In this document: positions 37,220-47,263 of the stretch, one piece after another
Position numbering within the stretch: the first letter of the stretch is position 1
Layout of the letters: every line of letters starts with the position of its first letter
Assembly (NCBI GenBank): GCA_963736005.1
Contig: CAVTNB010000003.1
Span: 192,001 to 256,000, forward strand
Length of the DNA: 64,000 nt
Direction: 5' to 3'
DNA from: an uncultured Pseudomonadota bacterium
GTDB lineage: Bacteria; Vulcanimicrobiota; Vulcanimicrobiia; Eremiobacterales; Eremiobacteraceae
Translations under genes and position numbers: made by a program
Notes under the pieces: model-generated
Database searches by the model: none
Seen by the model: the letters and a program-made list of their open reading frames with translations, nothing else
Told to the model about the DNA's origin: nothing

Positions 37220-38515
37220 ATGGACAGCGCAACCGGTTACTCGGGCGAACCTCGGCCTGAGCTTGCGGATCTCGACCTGTGCACCCGCTGCGGCTTGTGC
37301 GAGCAAGCATGCCCGACGTATCGCGTCTTGCATTTCGAACCCGACTCGCCGCGAGGCCGAGTCTTCCTTATGAAGCAGGTCGCGGAAGGCTCGGCTGCTA
37401 TCGATGCGAACCTCGCCGACCATCTCTATCAGTGTCTGGGATGTCGAGCCTGCGAGACCGTTTGCCCGGCGGGCGTTCCCTTCGGCAAACTGCTCGAGCG
37501 CGGACGTTATCAAATTGAGCAGCAAGGCGAACTCTCGCCGCACAGGAGAGGATGGAGACGTTTCCGCGCGCTCGCATTCGAGCATGTGTTGCCATCCCCG
37601 TGGCTCTTTCAGACGGCGATGCTTCCGGTGAGCGCCTTGCAGCAAGTTCCACCGTTCTTGCGCTTTGTTCAATCCCTGCCGTTGCCGAGACGACTTGCTC
37701 AGCTCGTGCGGATGATTCCCCGAAACCAAACCACAACCGGCTCTGTACGGGGCGATTGGAAAATCGCCCCCGCTATTGGCAAACACCGCGCTCGCGTTGG
37801 GTTGTTCCTTGGTTGCGTCATGCGCTCGCTCTTTGGCAACGTTCACCAAGCGACTGTGCGCGTCTTGACGCATAACGGCTGCGAAGTCGTCATTCCGAAG
37901 GGCCAATGGTGCTGTGGGGCGCTCAACGTCCACGCGGGCGAGCGCGACTTTGCCGCTAAGATGGCAGCGCGAAACGTTCGAGCATTTTCAAACTTGGGGC
38001 TAGACGCCATCATCGTGAACTCAGCTGGTTGCGGGGCGACCATGAAAGAGTACGCAGAATTGTTGCCTGGCGATGGTTCGGCAGAGGACTTTGCCGCAAA
38101 GGTGCGCGATGTCAACGAATTTGTCGGTGAGGTTGCCTTGCGACCGACACTTCATACGCTTCGTGGCCGGGTGACGTATCAGGACGCTTGTCACCTCGCG
38201 CACGGACAGCGAGTGCGCGGGCAACCGCGTGATCTACTTCGGCAGATCCCCGGCCTCAAGTACGTCGAGCTACGCGGTGCCGACGAGTGTTGTGGTGCTG
38301 CCGGCGTCTACAGTGTGACCCACCCCGACCTTGCGTCGTCAATCCTGGAGAGAAAACTTGACGATATCAAAGCTAGCGGGGCAGACATCGTCGCCACGGC
38401 GAATCCGGGGTGCGCTATGCAGCTGCAGGCAGGTCTGCTAAGCTGGAAAGTGGACGCAAGGGTCTGCCACGTGATCGAGCTCGTGGCTGAGTCTTACGCG
38501 GCGGGACATATGTAG
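37220..38515 (+). CDS. glcF: Glycolate oxidase iron-sulfur subunit
   Basis: CTRCGLCEQACP, CLGCRACETVCP, CCG motifs, DACHLAH, NPGC. Confidence 0.9.
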   Translation: MDSATGYSGEPRPELADLDLCTRCGLCEQACPTYRVLHFEPDSPRGRVFLMKQVAEGSAAIDANLADHLYQCLGCRACETVCPAGVPFGKLLERGRYQIEQQGELSPHRRGWRRFRALAFEHVLPSPWLFQTAMLPVSALQQVPPFLRFVQSLPLPRRLAQLVRMIPRNQTTTGSVRGDWKIAPAIGKHRARVGLFLGCVMRSLFGNVHQATVRVLTHNGCEVVIPKGQWCCGALNVHAGERDFAAKMAARNVRAFSNLGLDAIIVNSAGCGATMKEYAELLPGDGSAEDFAAKVRDVNEFVGEVALRPTLHTLRGRVTYQDACHLAHGQRVRGQPRDLLRQIPGLKYVELRGADECCGAAGVYSVTHPDLASSILERKLDDIKASGADIVATANPGCAMQLQAGLLSWKVDARVCHVIELVAESYAAGHM

Positions 38516-38663
38516 CGGGCGATTGGAAAATCGCCTGATTGGCCCTGGGCAGTCCGCCCAAGAATGTAGCGGCGGACCTTTAGGTCCGCCCAAGAATGTA
38601 GCGGCGGACCTTTAGGTCCGCCAAAAGCGTGACTGGGACCGGACCTGAAGGTCCGCTGCTACA
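38510..38663. repeat. Mixed REP cluster (family B plus family A, including a 32-bp tandem duplication)
   Basis: ATGTAGCGGGCGATTGGAAAATCGCC; two copies of GTCCGCCCAAGAATGTAGCGGCGGACCTTTAG; CGGACCTGAAGGTCCGCTGCTACA. Confidence 0.85.
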
Positions 38664-38752
38664 CGGGCGGTGGGCTCGGGCGCACAGCGGAGGTGGAGCT
38701 GTCACAATGCCCGTAGGACGCCAGTCACATATACAGGGACACTAATATATAC

Positions 38753-41437
38753 ATGGCCTCTTCGCCGTCTTTTCCCGGAGGCTCGCAACCGCTGCACGAC
38801 GGGCGTGATTCAAGCTCGCCGCCGAGTGCGGCTACTCCCGCTTTAGGCCCGTCGTCGGACCAGCAACCGTTCTATGGACGCCTCCTCGGACTTTCGTCCG
38901 GCTCTGAGGATCACTTCTTTGCGAACCTTCATGGCGTGCTTCGCGATTTCGTCGACGCGCCGATCCTCGTCGCTGCAACTGCTGACGCGACAACCCCTGA
39001 CGGCTATCGTTTGCAGTACCAACGTAATGTCGACGAACGCGACGCCCTCCCAATCATCGACAGAAAGTTTATCAGCCAAGCGCTGCGCAGCGGCCGTACG
39101 ATGCTCTTTGGCCGCTTGCCGAAACTTCCAACCGGTGGCTACCTGCAATCCACGGGAGACGGCGCAGGCTCGATCTTAGTGGCGCCCATGCGGCACGATG
39201 GGAAAATGCTCGGCTACATCGGTGTGCGCACGCGGCGCGAAGGCATGTACGGCGATCGCGAACTCGAGTTCGTCAGCGCGGCGGCCGACCTCGCCGCAGT
39301 AACCGTTCGCAGTAAACTCGTTGGCGAGGAAGCTCGCGCCCGCAGCACCGAGCTGCGGCTCATGCTCGAAGCCGCACGCGCGCTCTCGGCGGAACGAGAT
39401 TTGCGCCGTCTGTTCTCGCGTCTGCATCGACTCGTTGGGAACGTGATGGATGCAGGAACGTTCTATGTGGCGCTTGGCTCGTGGGAGCAACGCGTCATGA
39501 CGCTCCCCTACTGCGTCGATCATTACAAGCTCGTCGATCCCGGCGGACCAATTCCCCTTGAGGGGTCCCTTTCAGGGCACGTCTTCCGTGAGGGTACACC
39601 CATCATCGTGCGAACTGCAGAAGATTGGCGCCGCTATCCTTGGATCGAGCGCGGCGACGACAATGACTCCCCGATCTCCGCTCTGGCCGTCCCCATGCGC
39701 ATCGGGGCGCGAACGATCGGCGTCATTTGCGCTCAAAGCTCTCGGTCGCACGCGTATACCGAGCGCGATCGTGACGTCATGGTCGCCATCGCCGAGCAGG
39801 CGGCGATCGCTGTCGAAAATTCTCAACACCTCAGCCGCGCCGACCAGCGCGCGAGAGAACTCCAACTGCTCGCCGAAGTCTCGCGCGCGCTCTCGTCGCA
39901 ACTCTCTATTCGCGCCCTCTGCCAGACGGTGTGCAACGAAGTGCGTCGCGTCATGGACGCGAAGGTCTTCTTTGTTGCGCTCGCCGCCGAGCGAGGCAAC
40001 GCCATGCAACTCGAATTTGCGATCGAGGGTGAGGAAGTACTCGAAAACGAACCCGTGCCGCTCGAAAATTCATTTGCCAAGCGCGTAATGGAAACGCGCC
40101 AACCCATCGTGCTCCAGACTGGCGAAGAGATCAACCAGCAACCGCATCGCACGATTCATCGCAACGAGCACGGATCGGTCCGATCACTGGCCATGGCGCC
40201 GTTGCGCTTGGGCGACCGCTGCATCGGCGTGATGTCTGCTCAGTCATATAACGAACGCGCCTTCGATGACACGAGCGTCCGCTTGCTCACCGCCATTGGC
40301 GAACAGCTCGCGCTTGCGGTGCAAAATGCTCAACTCTTCGGCGATGCGAAGAGCCGTGCGGATCGAGATCCGCTGACAAATCTCTTCCACCATCGCTATC
40401 TCAAGACACGCCTCGAGGAAGAGATCTCTCGCTCGCGCTTCACCAATCTGCCGCTCGTCGTTTTGATGATGGATATCGACAACTTCAAGCTGGTCAACGA
40501 CACGTACGGCCATCCAGCTGGCGACGATGCGCTACGCATGCTGACAGCCGTTTTGCTTGCCACCTGCCGGGGATCGGACGTCATCGGACGCTATGGTGGC
40601 GACGAGTTCATGATCATCTTGCCCGATACGGATGTGGAAGCAGGCTTGCGCATCGCCGAGCGCATCGAAGCTGAAGTTGCGGGCCGCGAGCTGCATCTCA
40701 ATCAGAGCACCTCGATTCCGCTTCGCTGCTCGATCGGTCTCGCGTCCGTACCCGCAGACGGCCGCACGCCGTCGGATATCATCGCAAAGGCGGATGCTGC
40801 GCTCTACCAGAGCAAGCGTCAAGGCCGCCCCATGGCGCGCCTGCAGAGAGTCGGCACGACGCAACTTCGTCTCGAGGGCAACTTCGAACCCGTCTCCGAG
40901 CTCTTGGCCGCGCTTTTGGCGCGTGATCCCGCGACGCGAAGCCACCTAGAACACGTCAACCGCTTAGGAAAAGAGTTTGCCGAGTTGCTGCGCTTGTCCA
41001 AAGCCGACACGCAATCGCTGCTGCTCGCGAGCGTCCTGCACGACATCGGCAAGATTGCAATTCCGGACCAAGTGCTTCGAAAGCCAGGTCGGCTGACCCG
41101 CGATGAGTACGATCTCATTCGGCGCCACCCCCAGATTGGGGCCATGCTCATCGAACACATACCGGGATTTAAAGACGCCGCGAATGCCGTACTGCACCAT
41201 CACGAACGATTCGACGGCCGCGGCTACCCATTCAAACTCGCTGGCGAGGATATTCCCATCTTGGCGCGCATCGTGACGCTCATCGATGCCTTCTCCGCGA
41301 TGGTCATGGATCGTCCGTACCATAAAGGCATGGACGAGAGCGAGTCGCTCGCCGAATTGGAAAAAGGCGCAGGTACGCAGTTTGACCCGAAGTTGGTCTC
41401 GACATTCGCCAAGATGATCGAACCGAAGCCTCACTAG
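38753..41437 (+). CDS. Multi-GAF diguanylate cyclase / HD-GYP phosphodiesterase
   Basis: Three GAF-like segments; DPLTNL, RGSD I-site, RYGGDEF; LHDIGK, HHERFDGRGYP. Confidence 0.9.
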   Translation: MASSPSFPGGSQPLHDGRDSSSPPSAATPALGPSSDQQPFYGRLLGLSSGSEDHFFANLHGVLRDFVDAPILVAATADATTPDGYRLQYQRNVDERDALPIIDRKFISQALRSGRTMLFGRLPKLPTGGYLQSTGDGAGSILVAPMRHDGKMLGYIGVRTRREGMYGDRELEFVSAAADLAAVTVRSKLVGEEARARSTELRLMLEAARALSAERDLRRLFSRLHRLVGNVMDAGTFYVALGSWEQRVMTLPYCVDHYKLVDPGGPIPLEGSLSGHVFREGTPIIVRTAEDWRRYPWIERGDDNDSPISALAVPMRIGARTIGVICAQSSRSHAYTERDRDVMVAIAEQAAIAVENSQHLSRADQRARELQLLAEVSRALSSQLSIRALCQTVCNEVRRVMDAKVFFVALAAERGNAMQLEFAIEGEEVLENEPVPLENSFAKRVMETRQPIVLQTGEEINQQPHRTIHRNEHGSVRSLAMAPLRLGDRCIGVMSAQSYNERAFDDTSVRLLTAIGEQLALAVQNAQLFGDAKSRADRDPLTNLFHHRYLKTRLEEEISRSRFTNLPLVVLMMDIDNFKLVNDTYGHPAGDDALRMLTAVLLATCRGSDVIGRYGGDEFMIILPDTDVEAGLRIAERIEAEVAGRELHLNQSTSIPLRCSIGLASVPADGRTPSDIIAKADAALYQSKRQGRPMARLQRVGTTQLRLEGNFEPVSELLAALLARDPATRSHLEHVNRLGKEFAELLRLSKADTQSLLLASVLHDIGKIAIPDQVLRKPGRLTRDEYDLIRRHPQIGAMLIEHIPGFKDAANAVLHHHERFDGRGYPFKLAGEDIPILARIVTLIDAFSAMVMDRPYHKGMDESESLAELEKGAGTQFDPKLVSTFAKMIEPKPH

Positions 41438-41470
41438 GTACAGCGCCACTTTGTCCTGAAGCGTTCGCCC

Positions 41471-42103
41471 GTGAACGCGCATTTCGCAGTGACTGCTTTC
41501 GCAACGGCCTTTACCATTTTGGATCCGGTCGGTATGGTGCCGGCGACGCTTGCCATGACCGCCCACGCAACGTCCGATCAGCGGCGGCGCATTACCAACC
41601 GCGCAGTCCTTGTCGCCGCAGCCATTATCGTCTTTATGGCTGTGGTCGGCCGCTACTTACTTTTGTATCTGGGCATTACGCTTCCCGCGTTTGCCATCGC
41701 GGGTGGCATCTTGTTGCTGTTGATCGCCGTCGACATGCTTTTCGGCCGCCCCTCTCGGGCCAAAGGCGATCCCGAAGATCAGCGCGAGAGCATCGACGTG
41801 GACAGCGTGGCGGTCTTTCCCCTTGCGATTCCGTTTATCGCTGGGCCAGGGACGATCGCAACGGTGCTGCTGTTAGTCAACTTGAGTGGTGCGAACCGCG
41901 GGCGGCTCATCATTGTGTACGCTGCCTATGCGGTGGGACTGCTCGCGACCTGGCTTTGCATGCGCGCTGCCGACATCATGATGCGGGTGCTAGGGAAGAC
42001 TGGTGTCGGGGTGCTGACGCGACTGCTCGGCATTATCATGGCGGCCCTTGCGGTGCAGTTCATTCTCAATGGCCTGCACCAGGCCGGCTTCGGCCGCGCC
42101 TAA
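41471..42103 (+). CDS. MarC family membrane protein
   Basis: LDPVG, IAGGILL, VFPLAIPFIAGPG, TRLLG. Confidence 0.9.
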   Translation: MNAHFAVTAFATAFTILDPVGMVPATLAMTAHATSDQRRRITNRAVLVAAAIIVFMAVVGRYLLLYLGITLPAFAIAGGILLLLIAVDMLFGRPSRAKGDPEDQRESIDVDSVAVFPLAIPFIAGPGTIATVLLLVNLSGANRGRLIIVYAAYAVGLLATWLCMRAADIMMRVLGKTGVGVLTRLLGIIMAALAVQFILNGLHQAGFGRA

Positions 42104-42112
42104 TCACGACAC

Positions 42113-42436
42113 ATGGACCTCGCAGAAAAATCTTGCGTTGCTTGCCACGGTGGCGTTCCCCCACTCCCCTCGGACGAGGCGGCCACACTGCTGGCCCAAG
42201 TCAACGGGTGGGAGATTGTGAACAATCACCACTTGGTCAAATCGCTTCGCTTCAAGAATTTTGCAGAAGCGCTCGCCTTCGTTAATCAAGTCGGGGCCAT
42301 TGCCGAAGAACAAAACCATCACCCCGACATCTCCTTGGCCTGGGGTAAGGTCGTCATAGAAATCTGGACGCACAAGATCAATGGATTGACCGAAAGCGAT
42401 TTTATTTTTGCCGCAAAGGTCGACCGGCTTGCTTAA
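42113..42436 (+). CDS. phhB: Pterin-4-alpha-carbinolamine dehydratase
   Basis: FKNF, AEEQNHHPDI, WTHKINGLTESDFIFAAK. Confidence 0.92.
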   Translation: MDLAEKSCVACHGGVPPLPSDEAATLLAQVNGWEIVNNHHLVKSLRFKNFAEALAFVNQVGAIAEEQNHHPDISLAWGKVVIEIWTHKINGLTESDFIFAAKVDRLA

Positions 42437-43071
42437 CCGCCACCGGGAATGACGGGCATATAGGGATGGTAGATCGTTCCTGTTGGACCGGGCGTCGGTT
42501 GCTCGATCGTCGGTTCACTGCCTTGTCCTGAACCAGCTGCGGGTGCGTTGTTTTGCGGTCCCACCGGCACGCCACCAACTGGCTGCACCGATTGGCCAAC
42601 ACCGCAGATGGAGAGCAGTGAGGCTCGGGCCACAGTGCTCGGCTTGTGGTTCTCGGGTCGCGTGTAGGTCACGGCGTAGCCGTCTTGCCCCCACAACGCA
42701 AGCATTTGCTCCCAAATAGTCGTGTGACCGCCGCCTGACGCAGTCCAAATGACATAGCGTCCAGTGTGACGGCCACACACAAGATAATTCTTATTTGTCC
42801 ACACATGCTCCGTGGGATATTGAGTCTTCTCTTTCTTCAACATCGCGTTGACAAAAGAGTTCAGGTCACCGTAAAAGCTGGTTGGATGGAGGACGACGTA
42901 CTCCTTACCCGATGAGTCGACCCATTTCATGTTCGTTCCGCTCGCGAGTTTCGTCCAACCAATCGGCGGCGAGAACGCGTAATCCCCAGCACCAAAAGCC
43001 GCAAGGCCCATGAGGAATAGGCCCGCTGTCATAGCGATCGCGGGCAGCAATCGAAACAATCGTGCAGTCAT
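42433..43071 (-). CDS. Hypothetical secreted protein
   Basis: Signal peptide; FSPPIGW; Pro/Gly-rich tail. Confidence 0.65.
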   Translation of the reverse strand: MTARLFRLLPAIAMTAGLFLMGLAAFGAGDYAFSPPIGWTKLASGTNMKWVDSSGKEYVVLHPTSFYGDLNSFVNAMLKKEKTQYPTEHVWTNKNYLVCGRHTGRYVIWTASGGGHTTIWEQMLALWGQDGYAVTYTRPENHKPSTVARASLLSICGVGQSVQPVGGVPVGPQNNAPAAGSGQGSEPTIEQPTPGPTGTIYHPYMPVIPGGG

Positions 43072-43090
43072 GGACGTATGATTTCGCAGC

Positions 43091-44443
43091 TTAAGGAGCT
43101 AGTCCCTCGATTTGTCTTCGATTGGTCAACGGCCCAAACACCGCAACAATAGTGGCGGCGATCACCATCGCGAGCGCGATCGTTTCGAACGCCGCCGCAG
43201 TGCCTGACTCGCGCAGTATGAACGCATACAAGAAGCCGACAAAGATCGAACTCAGACGGCTCCAACTATACACAAAGCCCACGGCGCGGGCGCGAATCGG
43301 CGTTGGATAGAGCTCGCTTTGGTAGGCGTGGAATGCGCACGAGAACCAGGTGTTCGCAAGCGTGACGAACGTGCCGCAGATGATGATGGCCCAGGGCACG
43401 CGAGCCGCGGCAAGCAGCAACCCAAAAAGGCTGCTGGTTGCAGCCAGCACGACGATCTGCCACTTGCGCTCGAAGGCATCGGCAAAGCGCACGGCAAGCA
43501 GCGGACCAAGCGGCGTCACAAGCGCAATGATGAACGTGTACTCGAGCGAACGGACGAAGGTGATGCCGCCCTTGAAGAGCAGCAGCGGTATCCACGATGC
43601 AAAGCCGTAAAATCCGATTGTCTGGACAATATTGAAGGCGACGAGCGTGAGGGTTCGCGAGCGGTAGACGCCGCTCCAGATGCTCGGTGAGACCGCGGCG
43701 GAGGGAGCGGCCCCGCCATCGGGCGCTGACGCTGCTACCTTGGACACGCCGACCTGCCGCTCGATCTGCTCGAGGGCTTCGTCTGCCTCACGCTGACGCC
43801 CACGACTGGCAAGCCAGCGCGGTGATTCCACGAGGCGAGTGGCGAGCGGCCAGACAAATACCGCGCCGAGAGCACCCAAGAGCGCGACCCAACGCCAACC
43901 ATCAAGGCCGCCGATTGTCTTCGGAACGAGAAGATACGAGATGCATGCGACGATCGGTACGGCAGTGTAGGTGATTGCTTGGCTGAAGGCTATGAGCCGA
44001 CCGCGAGACCCCTTCGGTGCGATTTCAGAGATGTAGGCGTCGATGGTAACGATCTGCACGCCAATGCCAATGCCTGCGGCCAGGCGCAATACGTCGATCG
44101 CAAGAGCGCTTGGACTCAGGGCCATTGCCGCGGTCAAGAGCGAGTAGCCTAAGAGCGACCATACAAACGTTGCCTTGCGTCCGAAGCGATCGGAAACCCA
44201 GCCGAACAGCAACGTTCCGACGAACATGCCTGCAAAACCGGCAGCGGTGAAGCCCGCGACGCTCGCCAGGTCGCTCCCCGTTGCGCTAAATAGGCCATGC
44301 CGGATGAGTCCAAGCGCGATGTACGCGCTCATGAAGAGATCGTAAAATTCAAACCAGCCCGCCGCCGAAATTCGGGCGACGAGTTTACGCATGCCCGCAT
44401 TCACGGGGAGCGCTTCGAGTCGCTCTGCGACCGCAGACGCCAT
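43091..44443 (-). CDS. MFS transporter (sugar/aromatic acid family)
   Basis: FEFYD, SDRFGRK, YISE, ESPRWL, SELYPT..RA. Confidence 0.9.
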   Translation of the reverse strand: MASAVAERLEALPVNAGMRKLVARISAAGWFEFYDLFMSAYIALGLIRHGLFSATGSDLASVAGFTAAGFAGMFVGTLLFGWVSDRFGRKATFVWSLLGYSLLTAAMALSPSALAIDVLRLAAGIGIGVQIVTIDAYISEIAPKGSRGRLIAFSQAITYTAVPIVACISYLLVPKTIGGLDGWRWVALLGALGAVFVWPLATRLVESPRWLASRGRQREADEALEQIERQVGVSKVAASAPDGGAAPSAAVSPSIWSGVYRSRTLTLVAFNIVQTIGFYGFASWIPLLLFKGGITFVRSLEYTFIIALVTPLGPLLAVRFADAFERKWQIVVLAATSSLFGLLLAAARVPWAIIICGTFVTLANTWFSCAFHAYQSELYPTPIRARAVGFVYSWSRLSSIFVGFLYAFILRESGTAAAFETIALAMVIAATIVAVFGPLTNRRQIEGLAP

Positions 44444-44450
44444 GCTCGCG

Positions 44451-45683
44451 CTAACGCTTATCACGCCGCACCGCTGGAACGGCGATCGCCCCGAGCGCAA
44501 GCACGAGATATCCGAAGGTCGCGACAATGACCGGCAGCCGTGCTCCGTGCGCCTCCGCGAGGTAACCGCCGAAGATGGAGCCGGGAACGATGCCGATGAG
44601 CACGACAAGCCGCACCGCGCCAAAGACCCGGCCCACGCTTTCTTGAGGGATGATCCGCATGCGCCATGAGACGATCTGGGCAGTTTCGAATCCGGCGCCC
44701 GCGTTGGCTATTGCCCAAAAGAGAGTCACGAGCCACAAGTTGTGCAAGAAGATAACCGGCACGAATACCAAGGCATCGATCGCGTACGCGATGCACAGCG
44801 CTTTTCCAAAAGGCCATCTCCCCGCAAACGCTCCCGCGAGCAGAGAGCCGAGCATGCTGCCAACCGCCCCGATGCCAAGGGTGAGGCCAACTTGGGCATC
44901 GCTCGCGCCAAGAGTGGTCTTGTAAAATGGGATGTAGATCGCGCCCGCCATCATGCCGAACAGGTTGAGTCCGAGCGACAAGAGCGTAATGGCGCGCATC
45001 GCGCTGTCGGCCCAAAGAAAGCCAAAGCCGATGCGAATATCGGCCCAAAGCTCGTGCAGGGTGGGTAGCTTCCCCGGTGCTTGCGGCCCGAGCGTTCGAA
45101 TCCTTGAAATCGCCCCGAACGAAACCAAGTAGGTTAAGGCGTTGACCGCGAGCGCCGGCAGGGCGCCCCCCAGCGAGAAAAGTGCACCCCCAATTGGCGG
45201 CGCGATCAGGTTTGCTCCCTGCTCGGCTGCGATCAGCGTCGACACCGCCTGCGTGGCACGATCTTTGCCCAGGACAAAAGGGATGGAGGATGCCTCGCCA
45301 CCCAAGAAAATTGCCGCGCAGATCGAGATGATGACGATGGAGGAGTAAATCAGCAACAACGAGAGAGACCCGCGGACAAGTCCCACGATCAGCACGATCA
45401 GGATCGCGAACCTGACCACGTCACAGACGAGCATCAGCCGGCGGCGGTCGAGCCTGTCCGCAAGCGAGCCACCCACAAGCCCAGCCAGGGCGAAGGGTAG
45501 GAACTGCAACGCGTAGGTGATGCCGAGCGTCAGCGCCGAGCCGGTCAGGTGGAAAACAAGTAGCGGCAAGGCGAGCGTGCGCAGGCCGTCGCCAATAAAA
45601 CTCGCTGCTTGCCCAGCGAAGAACAGTCGGAACGACCGATTGGCAAAAATGCTCGCCGGACGCTCGACCCTCAAAGTGTCCAA
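44451..45683 (-). CDS. MFS transporter (H+ antiporter/macrolide efflux-like)
   Basis: FRLFFAGQ, GSLADRLDRRRLM, GRVFG. Confidence 0.88.
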   Translation of the reverse strand: MDTLRVERPASIFANRSFRLFFAGQAASFIGDGLRTLALPLLVFHLTGSALTLGITYALQFLPFALAGLVGGSLADRLDRRRLMLVCDVVRFAILIVLIVGLVRGSLSLLLIYSSIVIISICAAIFLGGEASSIPFVLGKDRATQAVSTLIAAEQGANLIAPPIGGALFSLGGALPALAVNALTYLVSFGAISRIRTLGPQAPGKLPTLHELWADIRIGFGFLWADSAMRAITLLSLGLNLFGMMAGAIYIPFYKTTLGASDAQVGLTLGIGAVGSMLGSLLAGAFAGRWPFGKALCIAYAIDALVFVPVIFLHNLWLVTLFWAIANAGAGFETAQIVSWRMRIIPQESVGRVFGAVRLVVLIGIVPGSIFGGYLAEAHGARLPVIVATFGYLVLALGAIAVPAVRRDKR

Positions 45684-45829
45684 AACGTGAGACCTTTTTT
45701 AGAGCGCCGTCGCGCGAACCTCTTCGAGCTCCATTGAACCGTGCCGCCAAACCGCACGTATACACAAACAAGATCAAGCCGATGAACGCGCAGCGAACGC
45801 CGACCAGCTGCGCGACAGGAGGTACGTCA

Positions 45830-46726
45830 ATGCTCGCCCGATTGCGCGACAAGCGCCTTGTGCTCGTCACGATCCTCGTCATCATCTTTGGGATCGCACT
45901 CAACCTTATGCATCATCGCACCGTCAGCGGTCCGCCACAATTCTCGCCTGTCATGTCCTTCTTGGCAAGATCGCGGGCGGCTAGCGAAGCAAGCGTCGTA
46001 GATTCATCGCAACCCGCACCCGCTTTGAAACCACTCGAGACGAGACGGTCACCATCCCAACTCATTCGAACCGCGACCATTAGCATTCAGGTCAAAGACG
46101 TGTCCAAAGCGCTGCAGACCGCAACCCAGATCGCCGTCGACCAAGTCGGCGATGTTGTCAACCTGAACGACGATACGCCGGAATCCCCATCCGACGCGCA
46201 CTCTGCAACCATGGAGATTCGCGTTCCTGTGGACAACTTCGATCGAACCCTAGGGGCGCTCGGCAAGCTCGGGAAGGTGAAGGCGCGGTCGGTGAGCGCA
46301 CAAGACGCCTCCGATCAGATCGTCGACATGTCGGCCCGCCTGCGGAATCTGCGACGCACGGAGCGCGACATGCTCAACATTATGGATCGCTCCGGCTCGA
46401 TCGACCAGGTGCTCGAAGTGACGCAGCAGTTGAGTTCAGTGCGCGAACAGATCGAGCAGCTCGACGCACAGCTGCAGAGCACAAAATACCAGGTCGCCTA
46501 TTCGACGATCGACATCACGTTGAGTAGCCCGGCGGTGATCGTCGGCCCGACCTCGCAGAAGCTGCTTGGCGACGCGTGGCTGGCTGCCGTCGCTTCGCTC
46601 CGCAGCTTTACGATTAGTCTGTTGAGCCTTGGGTTGTGGTTGGTTGCCTTCAGCCCGTACCTCGCGGTCGTTGCCCTGGTTGCCGTCTTGGCGCTTCGCC
46701 GACGGCGTCGCGGGTTGGCAACCTAA
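45830..46726 (+). CDS. DUF4349 domain protein
   Basis: AGGAGG RBS; LIRTATISI, IRVPV, coiled coil, VAYSTIDI, C-terminal TM helix. Confidence 0.85.
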   Translation: MLARLRDKRLVLVTILVIIFGIALNLMHHRTVSGPPQFSPVMSFLARSRAASEASVVDSSQPAPALKPLETRRSPSQLIRTATISIQVKDVSKALQTATQIAVDQVGDVVNLNDDTPESPSDAHSATMEIRVPVDNFDRTLGALGKLGKVKARSVSAQDASDQIVDMSARLRNLRRTERDMLNIMDRSGSIDQVLEVTQQLSSVREQIEQLDAQLQSTKYQVAYSTIDITLSSPAVIVGPTSQKLLGDAWLAAVASLRSFTISLLSLGLWLVAFSPYLAVVALVAVLALRRRRRGLAT

Positions 46727-47205
46727 TGGTGGAACGCTGGTAAGTCGGGCTTCAGCACCATGAGGGCGAGCGCAATTAGCGGCGCCAGAAGGGCGATGCC
46801 GCCAAAGCGATCCCAGACGTGCGAGCAGCGAACATACCGCGCTCTCTCCTCGGCGCTACGCAGTCCGGCTTGCGCAAGCTCGTGCAGCGCGACTTGCGCT
46901 CGCGCGACCGGGATGAATGCAAGCCCCGAAACGACAAGCAACGCGATCGCCCAAAGTATCCACCCGGTACCGAGCAGTGGAATCCCAGCGATCATGGTTA
47001 AAGCAATGCCGGCGAGCACGATCACAATGATGCTCGGGATTGTGATGAGCCGGTCTGCGGCGATGATGCCGGCCATGGTGTAGGCTACGATCGCTGCATC
47101 ACCAGTACGATCAGCGAAGCGCTTCCAGAAAAGGCCGACGGAAATGTTGCCGAGGAAGGCCACGACCGCGAGAATATGAACGGCTTTCAACCCAAGATAT
47201 GCCAT
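46723..47205 (-). CDS. DUF2269 family membrane protein
   Basis: LKAVHIL..FLGNI, D..IT.P, LMVLKP. Confidence 0.8.
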   Translation of the reverse strand: MAYLGLKAVHILAVVAFLGNISVGLFWKRFADRTGDAAIVAYTMAGIIAADRLITIPSIIVIVLAGIALTMIAGIPLLGTGWILWAIALLVVSGLAFIPVARAQVALHELAQAGLRSAEERARYVRCSHVWDRFGGIALLAPLIALALMVLKPDLPAFHH

Positions 47206-47263
47206 GAGCCCGCATTCGGCAAGCGCCGCGAGTTTCTCTTCGCGGTGTCACCCAGCTTAAATG

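Noticed and set aside
38552..38622. Possible mini-CRISPR
   Set aside because: Head-to-tail duplication without unique spacers.
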